DNA of 64,000 nt from Octopus vulgaris (lineage: Eukaryota): positions 19,468,001 through 19,532,000 of the forward strand of contig OX597832.1 in assembly GCA_951406725.2 (NCBI GenBank). The letters are read 5' to 3'. A program made the position numbers and the translations under genes. The notes beneath the pieces were generated by a model that saw only the letters and a program-made list of their open reading frames with translations, made no database searches and was not told the origin of the DNA. Position 1 is the first letter of the stretch; each line of letters begins with the position of its first letter. Positions 1 to 13,450 of this stretch are shown piece after piece.

Positions 1-11
1 AAAGGTGTGTT

Positions 12-100
<89 letters not shown>
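1..100. repeat. (GT)n-(GA)n compound microsatellite
   Basis: Direct reading of the sequence. Confidence 0.95.
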
Positions 101-104
101 ATAG

Positions 105-250
105 TCGGCCTTAGTAGTTAACTGGTATTTATCAACCACGGCAAGATGGAAGGTACAGTTGAACAGGACGAGATTAGAACACAGAAAGATGGAACAAATA
201 GCGAAAGGCATTCAGTTAGACGTTCTAATGACTCAGCCAATTCCACGCTT
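105..250 (-). mobile_element. Degenerate SINE family C copy
   Basis: actggtatttatcaacc...gatggaaggtacagttgaac...gattagaac matches the family C reverse strand seen at 11370-11510. Confidence 0.5.
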
Positions 251-635
251 GTTACCAATCCATTATCCTGTTAAATTATTAATCAACATTTTATAGAATA
301 TTCATGATGGGAGTTCAATGCCCGCTTGAGTTAATTGTGCTTCTCAGTTCAAGCGTATCAATAAAACAAAGTAACCGACATATCAAGAAATCAATTCAAT
401 CGATTACATAAACAGTCAATCTCCAAACGTAAGTACCAGTAATACTACACTGGAATGAAATTCGATCGATCGATGAATTGGTAGAGCGTCGAGCAAAATG
501 AGTTTGTGGTTTTAGATACGTCCCTTAAACATTCAACACGTAACTCCCGTCGGATTCGATTTTGCATTTTATTTTTCCTGGAACAGAGACGATACGACCA
601 TTACGAAGAATAATTTGGATTGGGATTCAATGTTA

Positions 636-912
636 CCTCGGGCCAACCAAAGCCTCGTGAGTGGATTTGGTAGACGGAAACTGAAAGAAGCCCGTCGTAC
701 ATATGTGTTTTTGCGTCTGAGTTTGTCCCCCACTCCAGCAACGCTTGACAACCGATGGTGGTGTGTTTACATCCACGTAACTAGCTGTTCGGCAAAAGAG
801 ACCGATAGAACAAATACTAGGCTTACAAAGAATAATTCCTGGGGTCGATTTGCTCAACTAAAGGTGTTGCCCCAGCATGGCCGCAGTCAGATGACTGAAA
901 CAAGTAAAAGAA
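636..912 (+). mobile_element. SINE family A, 5'-truncated; partial second tail at about 997-1110
   Basis: gtggatttggtagacggaaactgaaagaagcccgtcg core and cagcatggccgcagtcagatgactgaaacaagtaaaag tail, shared with more than 10 copies in the window. Confidence 0.85.
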
Positions 913-930
913 TATATATGTGTGTGTGTA

Positions 931-970
<40 letters not shown>

Positions 971-1226
971 GTATATATGGCGGGTGGAGGTTATCGTGCT
1001 TTACATCCACGTAACTAGCTGTTCGGCAAATAAAACGGATAGAAAAAGGACTTTGACTAAACCCTTCAAGGCGATGCACCAGCATGGCCACAGCCTAATG
1101 ACTTTAAGGAGTAAATTGTAAAAGGTAAGTAAAAAAGAAAATAATGTTGATACTTAGAACAAAAACAGCAATCGGTACAAATATGGAGGTCTTATGATAA
1201 TAACCTCCTTGGTCGACATCATCAGT

Positions 1227-1257
<31 letters not shown>

Positions 1258-2061
1258 ACACGATCAGTAGCAGCAGCATGAAACTTTTGGCTGGTTGGTG
1301 TTTCGGTCGAAAATCCTATAATCAAAGGCATCACAGCTATCACAAAAAATATTCTTTTTAATTAATTTTTTAACATTAGTATATCTAAGAGTACAACATG
1401 CAACATATAGTTCCCTCATTTCTGTTTTACTTGTGTGTTTTACAAAATATAAAACATAATCAAAAAAATGGCGGTAGATTTTGATTTGAGAGAGTTTCGA
1501 TCGTTGGTTTTTGCCAGTAGATGTACCAAAAAAATGTTGCACTTTCGTTAGCCATTAATTCGTGAATGTTTCAATACCGTCCTGTGAAGACGAATGGTAT
1601 AGATTCAGTGGTTTTCGAAGATTAAGAACAGAGGAAATTCCTGCATCTGCAGCCTCATCAATGACTAAAGAAAAAAAATACATAGATAACAAAATAAAAT
1701 GAAATATTAAATTTCTAAATGTTTCAAAGAGACATGAGCGGTGGCGGAGCGATAGAGTGGTTGTATACTGTCAACTTAACGTGACGTATGGGAATTACAT
1801 CACCGCTGTTTAGCCCTAGGAAGCATCGAACGCTTCCTGTCGGCTTTGACACATTTTCTGTGTCCTTTCAAAAAATAAAATGAAAATAAACAAATGCAGC
1901 ATAAACAAGAGCAACAATAACACAAACAAAAATAAAAGATAAGAGAGCAGTAAAAACAAGCAACGACATGAGCAGTGAGAAGGTATTTTAGTATAGAACA
2001 GTTACGGTAAAATTTATCGAGTACTTGATACATCAGAATACGGGTTAATCTAAAATGGCGT

Positions 2062-2369
2062 TACGTCGGTAACTACGGCATGAGTCCCGATCAACGTTAC
2101 AGCCTGCTTGTGAAATTAACTTACGACTGGCTGAGGATTCCACAGACGCGCGTAACCCTTAACGTAGTTCTGAGAGAGAATCTGCGTGACACACCGAATG
2201 TGAAAAGTCTGGCCCCTTTGAAGTACGGGTGCTACGCATTTTTTAGCCGGTGGGTAGATTAAAGCAGTGGGAAATAAAGTGCATTGGTCAAAGATGTAAT
2301 GTACCACTGGAAATCGAACTCACGTCCACATGATCGAGAGCCGAAGACCCTAACCACTAAGCCACGCGC
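2062..2369 (-). mobile_element. tRNA-derived SINE family D (old) carrying the tail also used by family B
   Basis: Reverse strand has a tggcttagtggttaggg A-box and gagttcgatttcc B-box; the tail matches 18250-18430 and 31740-31920. Confidence 0.7.
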
Positions 2370-3721
2370 ACATGCACACACACACACACACACACTCATG
2401 CATAATAAATATAAGGATCTCCGTCTCTTTCGGCTATGTATATTTACTTATTGGAAGTGGCTCGTTAAATTGGCTTGTAAGAGGCTAATTATTCCGCAGA
2501 CATGTGTACTCTCAACGGAATTCTCAGACAGAATTGATGTAATACAGTGCCACATGCTTATATCACGAACATTTAAGCACAAATTATCTGAGTGACTTCC
2601 ACACATGTCTATCCGCTCCTTTCAATTCACTAGGGATTAGATTCACCTGAAGTTATAGCGAATGACACCAACCCAAGATTTCACGCAGCGAGATCAAAAC
2701 CGGGAACTCGTGATTACGAAGTGAACTTCTTAACCATTCGGCCATACTGTGTACCTGCAAATATACACACATACAAACACGCATACTTACACAGGTGCCT
2801 TATCTTATACTGTCCTCTTATCCATCTAAAAACTCATTGATTGTAGCATCCTTTAACACTTAACCCCTCCTCTAATCTCGAGTTGTGACATGCCATTGTC
2901 TCTTCCACCACTAATATAATAATTGCTATTTATATGACCTTCTTCAGAATAAATTGTCTCCATGGAAATTCTATGGTGATAAATGTATCAGTTTGTATAA
3001 TATGCTTTCTAATAACGTTCCCATGATCCTTCATTATGTTTCACCTACAACTGGCTCGTTCATACGTTCCGTAAATCTAGTGGAGCATAGGGAAGCATCC
3101 GATGCTGGGTATCCAGGACAAGTAAACTTCACATCTATGGATCTTCATAACGGCGGAAAGGGAAGCAATGGACCTCAGCGAGGCATGCGTACAAAAGACT
3201 CAATAATCTCACCATGCTCCCACGTCAAGTAATTTGTGCCGTTGTTAAGCTGCGTAAGTTTAATTTCGACACATCTCAGTATCGATGGCACTATACGAAT
3301 TTCTCTTAGTTCGATTAGATGGTTCACACACTTTATTTAGCCCCTCCGTGTTTCTACCCTTACCATATTTCGTTCTGTTCATATTATTAAACGTTTCGCT
3401 TGATTCTCCCTCCGAACCGCCATCGTTTAGAAAACCTCGCAGCCAGCTAAATTTACTTCCCTATTATCAACTTAAAAATCAAAACAAAACGTAATTTTTC
3501 ATGCTAAACATCAAATAACCGAGGTAACTTCCTCTAATTATCTTCGAGCATTTCTGCATAGTAAAATCAGTAGCATTAAAAAAAAACAACAAATTTATAA
3601 CGGGCACTGTCCCCTCTTCTAGCTGAGAGAGGAACAAACGATAAATCAAAACTAAACTAGTTTTCACTTTTATCTTCAGCAGCAATGAATTTGCTTGCAA
3701 ACTACAAAGACAAAAACTGAC

Positions 3722-3801
<80 letters not shown>

Positions 3802-4647
3802 ATACACGTACGTGTGTATGTATGTGTCTGTGTGTGAGCATAGCTAACTGTCGTATTGAAATTCAATACAGGATTTAAGTAGCATTTAGAGCTGCAAACG
3901 TAATTATATGGTGTTCATATTAATGAATGCATTGATTTCTGTCAAGTTGAAGTTTTGCTACATGAGTGTTTAAATAACAGGACCTACGGCAACAAAATTA
4001 CATAGATCTCTCTAACCGGCTCCATGTTTATTTCAATGATAGATTGTAACGATATCAATGTCAAAAAGCTAGCTACATGGTCATCAGAAAACAAGACCTG
4101 CTTGTGTAAAATGCGTTAACGATTCGTACATGCTAATTAATGAAGACAATGAAAGAAATTGATGTCACCTATATTGTTGGTATTTAGTACTGTTTACAAT
4201 GGAAGAGTAGTATCAAACGAAGTAAAACCGTATTGAAAAACCTCCATCTAATAAATATATAATATCGTAGTTGTTTATGATGTAGTGTTACCTTCCTCCC
4301 CAAACCTCCAGAAATATGCGTTGAGGAAATGAAGTGAAATGAAACAAAATGGGGCTCAGCTGGGGATTTTATTTATTATATAGTATTATGTTATTGTTAG
4401 GTCGAGGAAGGAAGGGAAAGCGCCTCTGGCATTTCCCAAGAATCAGATCTTCGTGAAGGAAAAAGGAAGAAAAATGTATTATCCTCATACGTGAAACCTG
4501 GTCCCAAATGTGTGTTGTAACTACCTCGTAGATTCTGTAAAATCTCTCAAGATCTATGAATGAAAATAAACGACAGCATGATAAAATGAGTCAACAGTTT
4601 TCATAAACAGTTTTATGATGGATGACCTAGGGTTAAACAACAGCAGT

Positions 4648-4822
4648 GGAGACGCAATGGCCCAGTCGCTAAGGCAGCGGACTCGCGGTTGTAAAAACGC
4701 GGTTTCGATTCCCAGACCGGGCATTGTGAGAGTTTATTTAACAAAAACACCTAAGCTCCACGAGGCGCCGGCAGGAGGTGGGTGAACCCCACTGTACTCT
4801 TTCACCACAACTTTTTCTTCCT
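4648..4822 (+). mobile_element. tRNA-derived SINE family B, 3'-truncated
   Basis: ggagacgcaatggcccagtcgctaaggcagcggactcgcgg...ggtttcgattcccagaccggg head with A/B boxes. Confidence 0.85.
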
Positions 4823-5108
4823 ACTTCTGCCACAAAGCAGAGGAACTATGGTATAACCCACTATGATGTGGTAAACTTTCAGACCCTAGCCTAGATTGCG
4901 AATCCTCTGTACCCCTGGATGGTTCAGCTCTCCACCCGTTAAAATCCACCGTTTACGGAATGGGGATAACAACGTAGCTTTCGCGCCCATGCAATCTCCA
5001 GTCTATCGCATGTGGTGGGTGGATCTTCAAGTTTCCACACTCATTCTTAGCAGCTTACAGTAGGCTCGAATTAGCGATTATTCTTTGTGGCTAATGGTAT
5101 GAGTCCTG

Positions 5109-5209
5109 AGAAGGAGAAGAAGAAGAAGAAGAAGAAGAAGAAGAAGAAGAAGAAGAAGAAGAAGAAGAAGGAGAAGAAGAAGAAGAAGAAGAAGAAGAAG
5201 AAGAAGAAG
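5109..5209. repeat. (GAA)n microsatellite
   Basis: Direct reading; explains the poly-K and poly-F ORFs. Confidence 0.95.
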
Positions 5210-5236
5210 ACAGCAACAACAATAACGGCTGTAATA

Positions 5237-5635
5237 TCGGTTTCAAATTTTGGCACAAGGCCCACAATTTCGAGGAGTGTTTAAGTCAACTACATCGACA
5301 CCAGTACTCAACTGGTACTTATCTTATCAACCTGGAGACCACAGTGGAATTTGAACTCTGGATATAAAGGCGAACGAAATGCTGTTAAGCTTTTCGTCGT
5401 GCATGCTAACGATTCTGTCATCTCACCGCCTTGGCAACAGTTGAAATATTCCGTTTCAAATTTTGGCACGATGCCTGCAATTTCGGGGAAGAGAGTAAGA
5501 CGATTACATCGACACCACTTCTCAACTGTTACTTATATTATCGACACTAGTGCTCAATCTGGTATTTATTTTATCGAACCCAGAAGGATAAAAGGCAAAG
5601 TCGACATCGACTTTTGAGTTCAAATTCCGCATGAC
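5237..5635 (-). mobile_element. Two adjacent degenerate SINE family C-type copies
   Basis: ggtttcaaattttggcac...tacatcgacacca...caactg occurs twice (about 5240 and 5452), plus a gaaggataaaaggcaaagtcgac core. Confidence 0.65.
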
Positions 5636-5784
5636 TATAAGTGGTGACCCGTGTTCAGAAGCACAAATCTATAATATATATAGACGGTAAAATGGATTTC
5701 TTGAATGGAAAGGAAAAAAGAAGAAAGCTATGTCGAAGTCGAACTATGAGAGCAAGTTTGGTCATTTTGTTATTTGCATGTTAA

Positions 5785-6400
5785 TTATTGTTATGTTGCC
5801 CCGGTTCAGTTCTGAAACATCGGATTCATGTTCTACTGCAATTCAACCGTGACCACCCAGACTTTTCAAGATATGGTTTACGCAAGATTACACTATTCAA
5901 TATGACCTTCTATTTTCAAAGGACGCAGTATTGAACTTTTGATGAATTTAACTTCTATTTCTACAGCAGAGCAAGCACCTAGCTAGAAGGTAACTAGCTG
6001 GCTTATACAAGCGATGGTTAGATCATATATTCTGAACATGATAAGAACAAATTCTGCTCGCAGGTGAATATGGAGATGACTAGCAATTATGCTGTCACGA
6101 AAGAGATTTTAGCATTTACGTTAATTTCACTAGCATTAAGTACATTGACCTTTTAAAGTATTCCCTTAAATAGTATTTATAATTGTTATTGTCGTTTAAT
6201 TTAACCTTTCGTCGACCCTGATTGAACAGACATATGATTGAAGGCACTCTAGTCGTGATTAGTTCATTTTTATATAGCATAACAAGAATTGTATAATTTG
6301 ATATGTTGTTCGCTTGTTTAAGACGTCGGGGTATGATTTGAGAGAGATTGAACTGTTATATCTAGTTACACGGGTGATGACAATGAAGCATGCTCGTTGG
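5785..6400 (-). mobile_element. Two old copies of an unclassified interspersed repeat (family E)
   Basis: 5785-5990 and 6185-6400 resemble each other and the reverse complement of 20585-20770. Confidence 0.4.
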
Positions 6401-6699
6401 ATCTTTAGGTTACTTACTAGTATGTCGTAATGATACAGAAAGCGTCAAAAAACCACCATCTGTTAATGCATATTTAAAACGAGAAAAACTCCCCCCCCCC
6501 ATCCAATGGACGGTGCTTAGTTTAAACCAAATTTTCTCAAAACAACTTATCCGACCGTCCCATAGACTTCCCCTTTGAGAAACACTGATTTAATCTAAAT
6601 TTGAGACACCAGCAAATGAAGAAATAAAGATAGACCTTTTTTCCATTCCAAAGGAAAACGATTATATTCACTTTATTGATCGCATTCTCATCTGGAATC

Positions 6700-6842
6700 G
6701 ATTATTGTAACTTTTTCAAGACTTATACACGCCCTGATACCGTCGATATCTACATATCAAATTTGAGCGCAATCGGATGGAGGATGCCCGAGTTCCTAGA
6801 AGACACACACACACAGACAGAACGATTTTATATAACAGATAT
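6700..6842 (-). mobile_element. Helitron/Helentron-like non-autonomous fragment
   Basis: aaatttgagcgcaatcggatg...(CA)n cagacaga...ttttatataacagat end; same layout as 37288 (+) and 49900-50010. Confidence 0.4.
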
Positions 6843-7392
6843 CCGCACATAACAACAAAACATTATTTGTACGCCTTCCGACAAAAATGGTTTGTACGAT
6901 TAGACAAGATCATGCTGTTATTAAATTCTTTATGAACAATTCAGTGCAGACACAAAATATGGATACGTATATACAGTAGAGGAAAATTTTTTACTGAAAA
7001 ACATCATTTAGATAAAGACAATTTGCGGTGTGTTTGGAGCTTCCTTCAAAATATCCTGTTGTTATTTTTGTTACTTATTGCTAGCCAATTGATACCAAAA
7101 ATATAGACATAAGATTTTTGGTAAATTCCTGGCAAGTATAGCAAAAGAATTTCTACTAATATCTGAGGCATGTTTTTTCTTTGAACGAATTTTACTGTGT
7201 TGTTAACATTCGGACTGTTTCCTTCTACTAGATTAGAGGTCGCTGAAAATGTTCACATGGAGTATCCACAAGTCTCTGAAAAATTAAGAGAAAAATATAA
7301 CAGAGATAGCGGGGGATGGGTTTGGAGAAAGAAAGAGAGGGAGTAAGGGAGAGGATGAGAGAGATGATAAGATATATAACATAAACAAGCGT

Positions 7393-7686
7393 ATACACCT
7401 TCTCTTCGACTTACGATTTATGCGACTTACGCCCACAAAAAAGAAATGAATAAAAATCGATTTTCGGACGTTGGACAGTTGCGCATATGATAACTATAGC
7501 AGCATCTGTCAACGCAGGCCTCCATCAGACCCAAGCATCCACTTGCTGCTACTGTCATTCACCGCTTTCAAGCATCAGTTGCATGAATGAAAATAGAGTT
7601 TAAAAAATATAAACCCGACATACGACTAGATCGATTTGCGTCCTATCGTCGGAACGGAACTCGGTCGTAAATAGAGGAGATGGTTT
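7393..7686. mobile_element. pogo/Tigger-like MITE
   Basis: Imperfect terminal inverted repeats ctcttcgacttacga / tcgtaaatagaggag and internal cgacttacg/cgacatacg subrepeats. Confidence 0.55.
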
Positions 7687-7759
7687 AACTATATAGATAG
7701 TGGGGAAAGATGAAGTAATAACCGTGTTACTTGTTAATCAAAAGATAAATCTAAACCTC

Positions 7760-8230
7760 CATCTGCACAAAGCTGCAGTAACATAAAATACCTGCTAAAT
7801 GGCAGCAGTTTTACAAAAGCATAAGTGTGCTGCGCAAAATCCCAAAACGAAAGTAGAACTTGGCTAAGAAAAAATACAAGAGCCAAGAAAATATGTTAAA
7901 ATCTCTGAGGATAAAATCAAAGGCAGCTCGACAGAGAGCATTCAGCCCTTCAAGGACAAAAGCATATTAAAAAGAAATGTTACATGACTATCCCAATACA
8001 TCTAGAACTTGAATGAAAGTTGCGTTAATAACACATCAGTAAGCTCATGTACAAGATAAAGTTATATACATTCTTTATATCAAAAGATCAAAATGGCTTC
8101 TATCGTTTTTGATTTATAAAGAAGTATAACATTCTTCTGCAGACTCTTTCGAAGTGGTTAATTAGTAAATAGATATATAAAAAGACAAGAACATTTCAAA
8201 AGAAATTGTGACATAAGACAGTCTACTGAA
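7760..8230 (+). pseudogene. Highly decayed Penelope-type GIY-YIG endonuclease remnant
   Basis: Manual translation gives YLLNGSSFTKA*VCCA, KYVKISEDKIK...PFKD and T*LSQYI*NL, collinear with the PLE endonuclease pattern CPLxGxCL..VVY.A / YIGxTE..FK / TxLSxYIWxLK; many stops. Confidence 0.4.
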
Positions 8231-8459
8231 GAATCATCTATCCTAACAACAGACATAATATTTCCGGTCTAGACATAGAGTAAGACAACAGGAACAGCAA
8301 ACATCACAGTTAAACTACACCACTGCAAACTGTAATATTAAAACAAGACAGTCGATAGTAATTTATCGACGATCGCACTCGTCCAAAGAAAATATGAGAA
8401 TGACATAACCAGTTCAATACATACTTACGTAAATGTGAGCGGGTTTGTGTATGTGTGTG

Positions 8460-8665
8460 AAGGTATGTGGCCTAGTTGATAGAACGTTGCACTCACGAGC
8501 GGAGAGATCGTGGATTCGATACCCAGACTAGATGTGCGCTGTGTTCTTGAGCAAAGCGCTACATGCTACCTCGTTGCTCCAGTTCACTTAACGGTAAAAG
8601 ATGAATATTACGGTGAACTGTAAAGTAATGCGAAAGCTAAAACTTTGTGACCAGTGGCGTACCAT
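8460..8665 (+). mobile_element. Degenerate SINE family D copy
   Basis: tggcctagttg A-box, gattcgatacc B-box, gtgttcttgagcaaag...gttgctccagttcact central domain. Confidence 0.6.
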
Positions 8666-8700
8666 TTATACTGTGATATCTTTCTCTCTGTCTCTCTCTG

Positions 8701-8760
<60 letters not shown>

Positions 8761-8780
8761 GTGTGTGTGTGTGTGTGTGT

Positions 8781-9081
8781 GGAGACGCAATGGCTCATTG
8801 GTTAGTGCAGCGGACTTGCGGTTGTAGGATTTCAGTTTCGATTCCCAGACCGGGCGTTGTGAATGTTTATTGAGCAAAAACACCTTAGGCTCCACGAGGC
8901 TCCAGCAGGGGGTGGTGGCGATCCCTGCTGTACTCTCTCGCCACAACCTTCTCTCACTCTTTCTTCTGTTGGCCTGCTCTCTTGGCCAGCGGGGTGGCGT
9001 CACTTGAAGACTAAAACAATGCGAAGCGCATTGTGACCAGCGATGTGTAGCAACATCTGATAGCCTGGTCGGTCACGGGGA
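8781..9081 (+). mobile_element. SINE family B with alternative tail
   Basis: Family B head followed by gcggggtggcgtcac...cattgtgaccagcgatgtgtagcaacatctgatagcctggtcggtcacg. Confidence 0.85.
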
Positions 9082-9115
9082 TATATATATACATGCATAT
9101 GCTACATGTATATAT

Positions 9116-9153
<38 letters not shown>

Positions 9154-9495
9154 GAGTTAGAGAATAAACAATCATCTAAGGGATAATAAATATCCAATAT
9201 ACTACTGGATGTATACCTATGTATTTATATCGAAATGCTTACTGTTGCATGGCAATAGCGCAATTGAATAATAGGTATGAGAGGGGGTTGACAGAAATTT
9301 ACCCAGAATTCATAAGGCAAAGAAGAAAATAGAGAAGACAATTAATTAACAAACATCAGCCTGCAAACATTAATTGGACCTATTTATTAATTACAGTCAT
9401 ATGTATGAATTAGTAAATAAAAAAGCAAAGTTAAATAAATAAATAAATAGGAATAAATGAGTGAATAAAACTATACTTTTACAGCTGTTTCTATT

Positions 9496-9523
9496 TTATA
9501 TGTATATATGTGTATATATATGC

Positions 9524-9593
<70 letters not shown>

Positions 9594-9680
9594 GCATACA
9601 TATATAATTATATATGTATATATATATATATATATGTGCTTATATATATATGTGTGTGTGTGCTTATATATATATATATT
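9496..9680. repeat. (TA)n-rich compound microsatellite (representative of many such tracts in the window)
   Basis: Direct reading; source of the YIYI ORFs. Confidence 0.95.
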
Positions 9681-9950
9681 TCTAAAATTTTCGTTGCGTC
9701 TTACATGGAAAATTTTAGAAATTAATAAATAAGTAAATGAATGGAAATCGAAACGATGGGTGTGTTAAGTAATAAGGCACTAAAAAAGAATGATTTTCCC
9801 CAAATACAATAAAATATGCTCCAACACACAAATTCACAAAAAGAATCTTACAAACTAAATGCAAAACCGAAAAGCATATGTGTGTGTATGTCTTTGTGTA
9901 TGCATATATATAAATATGCACATATGTATGCATATTTTCAACTTATATAT

Positions 9951-9993
<43 letters not shown>

Positions 9994-10436
9994 GCGTGCG
10001 TGTATGTATGTGTATGTATGTGTGTGTATATGTGTGTGTATGTGTGTGTGTGTAGAAAGACAGATGGTTTCTGATTCAAGCAGTAGAGCAACAGTCTTGA
10101 GTGTAGGAGTTAGCCGATGTAATTAACCTCTGTATTTGAGAACTAATTTATTTTAGCTTCTCCGTAAGGACGAAAGACAAAGGGCACTTCAGTAGAATTT
10201 AGGCTCAGAATGTAACGTGCCAGAATGTCTATCGCAAGACATTTCTTCAAACGCAGCAATGATTCTGCTTGTTCGACTTATGCGTATGTATATATATATG
10301 TATGTATGAATGTATAAGGACATATATAAAAGTGTAAATATAAATACAAATAAACATGTAATTGTATATATCAATGCAGATAGATAAGCACACACACAGA
10401 GACACAAAAACACACACACACATATTGATATGGCAT

Positions 10437-10822
10437 AGGTGCAGGCATAGATTTGTGGTAAGAAGCTTACTTGCCAACCACATGTTTCCAGGATCAATTT
10501 CACTAAGTGGCACCTGGAGCAGGTTCCTTCTACTATAAGGATACGGCGCATCGACGTGATGACCGAAACCTTGCGTGGATTTGGTAGACGATAAATAAAA
10601 GAAGCCCGTTGTATATATGTTTATGTGTGTGTGTGCGTGTTTGCTTGTTTGTCCGACCATCATCGTTTGACAACCGGTGTTTGAGTATTTACGTCACCGT
10701 AACCTAATGTTTCAGCAAAGAGACCGGTAGAATAAGTACTAAGCTTAAGAATTAAGTCATGGAGTTGATTTGCATGGTGGTCCAGCATGGCTGCAGTCAA
10801 ATGACGGAAACAGGTAAAAGAA
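10437..10822 (+). mobile_element. SINE family A, diverged full-length copy
   Basis: gtggtaagaagcttacttgccaaccacatg head through tccagcatggctgcagtcaaatgacggaaacagg tail. Confidence 0.8.
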
Positions 10823-10900
10823 CAAAGGTATAAAACACACATACACATATTGCGTTTAAATGTTTAGTGAACATCTCATTGCCTAGTGTGTAACACATAC

Positions 10901-11512
10901 ACTTTTCTACTGTAGGCACAAGGGCCGACATTTTGGTGGGCCTAGTCGATTAGATTGACCCCAGTATGCAACTACTATTTAATTCATCGACTCCGAAAGG
11001 ATGAAAGGCAAAGTCGACCTCGGTGTAATTTGAACTCAGAACGTAGCGGCAGACGAAATACCGCTAAGCATTTCGACCGGTGTGCTAACTTTTCTTATTT
11101 CTTTATTGCCCACGAGGGGCTGAACATAGAGGGGACAAACAAGGACAGACAAACGGATTAAGTCGATTACATCGACTCCAGTGCGTAACTGGTACTTAAT
11201 TTATCAACCCTGAAAAGATTAATGGCAAAGTCGACCTCGGCGGAATTTGAACTCAGAACGTAAAGACAGACGAAATACCAATTTCTTTACGGCCCAAAAG
11301 GGGCTACACACATAGGGGACAATCAACGACAGATAAACGGATTAAGTCGATTAGATTGATCCCAGTGCGTAACTGGTACTTAATTTATCGACCCCACAAG
11401 AATGAAAGGCAAGGTCGACCTCGGCGGAATTTGAACTCAGAACGTAACGGCAGACGAAATACTGCTAAGCATTTCGACCGGCGTGCTAACGTTTCTGTCA
11501 GCTCACCGCCGT
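10901..11512 (-). mobile_element. Trimeric SINE family C with 19-bp target-site duplication
   Basis: Three gaaaggcaaagtcgacctcgg...tttgaactcagaacg units; flanked by cctagtgtgtaacacatac (10882-10900) and cctaacgtgtaacatatac (11514-11532). Confidence 0.85.
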
Positions 11513-11857
11513 CCCTAACGTGTAACATATACCTCCATTCAAGTTTAATGATAAATTAAAATAAACCAATTAAAAGAATTATATCGTTTTATTTATTTAT
11601 TTACTGATTTTTTTTCTTTTTTGTAGATACATCTAATTTTTTAAAAATTAATGTCAACAAGTTTAATAACCCAACCAACGTGACAACTCTGAAAGTGTTT
11701 ACTCGCTCGACTTCATAGAAATTACAACTACGCTTCTCTGAATACCGTTTAAAATTATCCAGCACTCATTAGATTAAGTAGTGTCAAACAAATTACAATT
11801 GGAATAAGTCAGACAGGATTGACAGTGATGTTGTTTATACATGTATATTTAATAACT

Positions 11858-12170
11858 GGCTCTCCGTCGGTTATGATGACGAGGGTTCCAGTAGATCCGA
11901 TCAACGGTACAGCTTGCACATAGAAATAACGTGCTTGTTGGCGGAGCACTTCACAGCCACCTGTACACTTAGCGTAGATTTCAGGGTGATGCAGCGTGGC
12001 ACAGATATGCGAGAAGGTTCACCCTTTGAAATACAGGTACAACTCAATTTTGCCAGCTGAGTGAACTGGTGCTATGTGAAATGAAGGGCCTTGCTCAAGG
12101 ATCGAAGGCATCACCGGGAATTGAACTCACAACCTTACAACCGTAAGCCGAATACCCTAACCACTGAGCT
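11858..12170 (-). mobile_element. SINE family D with B-type tail
   Basis: Reverse strand: tagctcagtggttaggg A-box and gagttcaattccc B-box; tail homologous to 18250-18430. Confidence 0.75.
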
Positions 12171-12199
12171 ATATACACACACATATATATGTATATATA

Positions 12200-12480
12200 C
12201 AGATAAATAGATAGATATATAGGTAGATAGATAGAGAAATAGATAGATAAATAGATACATACATACATACATACATCATACATACATACATACATACATA
12301 CATACATACATGCATGCATGCATACATACATACATACATACATACATACATACGTGCATGCATGCATGCATACATACATACATACATACATACATACATA
12401 CATACATACATACACACACACATACATACATACATACATACATACATACATACATACATACATACATACATACATACATA
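12200..12480. repeat. (GATA)n-(TACA)n tetranucleotide array
   Basis: Direct reading. Confidence 0.95.
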
Positions 12481-12508
12481 GGTGTCAGTCACTCCTCCAC
12501 AATTACTC

Positions 12509-12679
12509 AACAACCGTTGCTGGTGTGTTTACGGCCACTAAATTGAGCGGTTCGGCAAAGAGAGAATAAGTACTAGGCTTACAAAGAATAGGTACTGGAA
12601 GAGTGGGAGTCGATTTGTTTGACTAAATGCGTTGCTCCAGCATGGCCGCAGCTAAATGACTGAAACAATTTAAAGAAAA

Positions 12680-12682
<3 letters not shown>
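12509..12682 (+). mobile_element. SINE family A 3' half
   Basis: ggtgtgtttacg...gcggttcggcaaa...gaataagtactaggcttacaaagaata...ctccagcatggcc. Confidence 0.8.
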
Positions 12683-12713
<31 letters not shown>

Positions 12714-12714
12714 C

Positions 12715-12935
12715 ATGACGCCACCACGGTAGTTAGACGAACAGGCCAACAGAAGAAAAAGAGAGAAAGTTGCGGCGAAAGAGTACAGCAGGGATGGCCA
12801 CCCAGCCCCTGCCAGAGCCTCGTGAAGCTTTAGGTGTTTTCGTTCAATAAACACTCACAACGCCCGGTCTGGGGATCGAAACAACGATCCTACGACCGCG
12901 AGTCCGCTGCCCTAACCACTGGGCCCTTTCGCCTC
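12715..12935 (-). mobile_element. SINE family B
   Basis: Reverse complement of the family B head and body (cgaccgcgagtccgctgccctaaccactgggcc). Confidence 0.85.
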
Positions 12936-13450
12936 TACACACACACTCATTCTCTCTCACACACACACACACATATATATATATGTGTGTGTGTATATAT
13001 ATATATATGTATATATGCCCTGTGTGTGTGTGTACATACATACTTGCTCAATCACAGTTAACCAAAACACTAAACATCCACTGTATAAATTTCACAGCGA
13101 CAATGACGGCGGCGGCCATATAGACTGAATCAATAAATACAAATCTTAAACGCCGAACAGAGACTGTATGAGAACAATTAGAGTTTATCAATATCAGCAA
13201 TTTGATATCTGGCTTTAATATCAATGGCAATATATTGATAGCATTGTAGCAGTGAAAAGTATTGTCACACAAAAAAAAAAGAAAAAAATGGCGGCTAACA
13301 TTAATCTATACGCTCGTATAAATTTAAGTATAAATGGTTTCACGATCATCCATTCACAGCCACGCGCAAACACAAACTTATGTGTATTACTGTGTAAGCA
13401 TATAGATCTAACTATCTGTCTGTCACTCACTTCTCTCTCTCTCTCTCCCT

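Noticed and set aside
1465-1665. Mariner-like N-terminal peptide (MAVDFDLREFRSLVF)
   Set aside because: Short, interrupted and without identifiable TIRs.
10901-11512. CRISPR-like repeat-spacer appearance
   Set aside because: The units are about 200-bp SINE modules with homologous intervening sequence, in a eukaryotic context with no cas genes.
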